From positions 1-15,335 of the forward strand of contig CAXGWI010000087.1 in NCBI GenBank assembly GCA_964013405.1: 15,335 nucleotides of DNA. Reading direction: 5' to 3'. This document shows, piece by piece, positions 14,810 to 15,335 of the stretch. The translations under genes and the position numbers were made by a program. The notes under the pieces are model-generated. The model ran no database searches and had not been told where the DNA came from. It worked only from the letters and a program-made list of their open reading frames with translations. Position 1 is the first letter of the stretch, and each line of letters opens with the position of its first letter. The DNA comes from an uncultured Myxococcales bacterium (GTDB taxonomy: Bacteria > Myxococcota > UBA4151).

Positions 14810-15335
14810 GCGACGAGGAGCGCCGCAACGATCAGGAGCGAACGATGTTCGACTCCTCTTTGCTTGAGCGCATCCAAGAACGGGAGCGGGAGGAGCGGGA
14901 GCAAGCCGAGGCCGAGGCTCAGTCGAGTGAGGCATCGGGCGACCGAGCGGCCCCCGGACTGGAGGGCTTGGTTCCATCGGTCCCACCGCCACCACCGCCA
15001 CCAGTGAGTGGCGATGGAGGCGCCGACGCCGGCGATGGTGATCTACCCATGGTCCCACCACCACCACCACCAGAGGGAGCCGATGGAGATGTCGGCGCTA
15101 GCGAAGAAGACCTACCCATGGTCCCACCGCCACCGCCGCCGGAGGGAGCCGATGGAGATGTCGGCGCTAGCGAAGAAGACCTACCCATGGTCCCACCGCC
15201 ACCACCAGAGGAAGCCGATGGAGGCGTCGACGCCAGCGAAGAAGACCTACCCATGGTCCCGCCACCACCAGAGGAAGCCGATGGAGGCGTTGCCGTCAGC
15301 GAAGAAGACCTACCTATGGTCCCGCCCCCCCCCCC
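14806..15335 (+). CDS. Partial acidic, poly-proline repeat protein (3'-truncated)
   Basis: Absent from the ORF track because it has no stop. The ATG overlaps the upstream TGA (ATGA) and the frame is open to the window end: MSDEERRNDQERTMFDSSLLERIQEREREE...(EEDLPMVPPPPPPEGADGDVGAS)n. Confidence 0.8.
   Translation, partial: MSDEERRNDQERTMFDSSLLERIQEREREEREQAEAEAQSSEASGDRAAPGLEGLVPSVPPPPPPPVSGDGGADAGDGDLPMVPPPPPPEGADGDVGASEEDLPMVPPPPPPEGADGDVGASEEDLPMVPPPPPEEADGGVDASEEDLPMVPPPPEEADGGVAVSEEDLPMVPPPP
14977..15335 (+). repeat. Coding tandem repeat, about 5.3 units of 63-72 bp
   Basis: The core GACCTACCCATGGTCCC recurs with minor variants, with ATGs at 15049, 15118, 15187, 15253 and 15316, and a degenerate first unit at 14977. 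All periods are multiples of 3. Confidence 0.95.

Noticed and set aside
14977..15335. CRISPR-like array (63-72 bp periodicity)
   Set aside because: The 'spacers' are near-identical to each other, all periods are multiples of 3 in an open frame, and no cas genes are present. It is a coding repeat.
15040..15335. ActA-like EVH1/profilin-binding host-mimic motifs (EEDLPMVPPPP)
   Set aside because: The resemblance to the FPPPP consensus is only loose, there is no secretion signal, and Pro/acidic linkers are common in myxobacterial proteins.
15325..15335. Terminal poly-C run as a phase-variation tract
   Set aside because: It lies at the very end of the sequence and departs from the CCA/CCG codons of the other units. 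It is likely a contig-end or sequencing artefact.

Overview
GC-rich bacterial window, densely coding, probably from a myxobacterium-like (Myxococcota/Bradymonadia-type) genome; the taxon is inferred from gene content only. From left to right it holds: a partial DASS/SLC13 transporter (- strand, runs off the left edge); a secreted FGE-sulfatase-fold protein and a TPR-SGNH-TPR O-acetylesterase-like protein (+); a convergent four-gene - strand unit (pseudo-receiver/coiled-coil protein, a mosaic adenylate cyclase with AC-REC-TM-glutaredoxin-TonB_C/AgmX-like domains, an MBOAT O-acetyltransferase, and a membrane-anchored SGNH protein); and a divergent + strand Tad unit (small Zn-ribbon ORF, cpaB, tadB, tadC, FHA-TM protein, and a partial acidic poly-Pro repeat protein). 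The Tad gene order resembles cluster 2 of the Kil contact-dependent prey-killing system. The best novelty candidate is the mosaic adenylate cyclase with its similar-looking pseudo-receiver partner, which sits between envelope O-acetylation genes and the Kil-like Tad genes. No RNA genes, CRISPR array or mobile element were seen.
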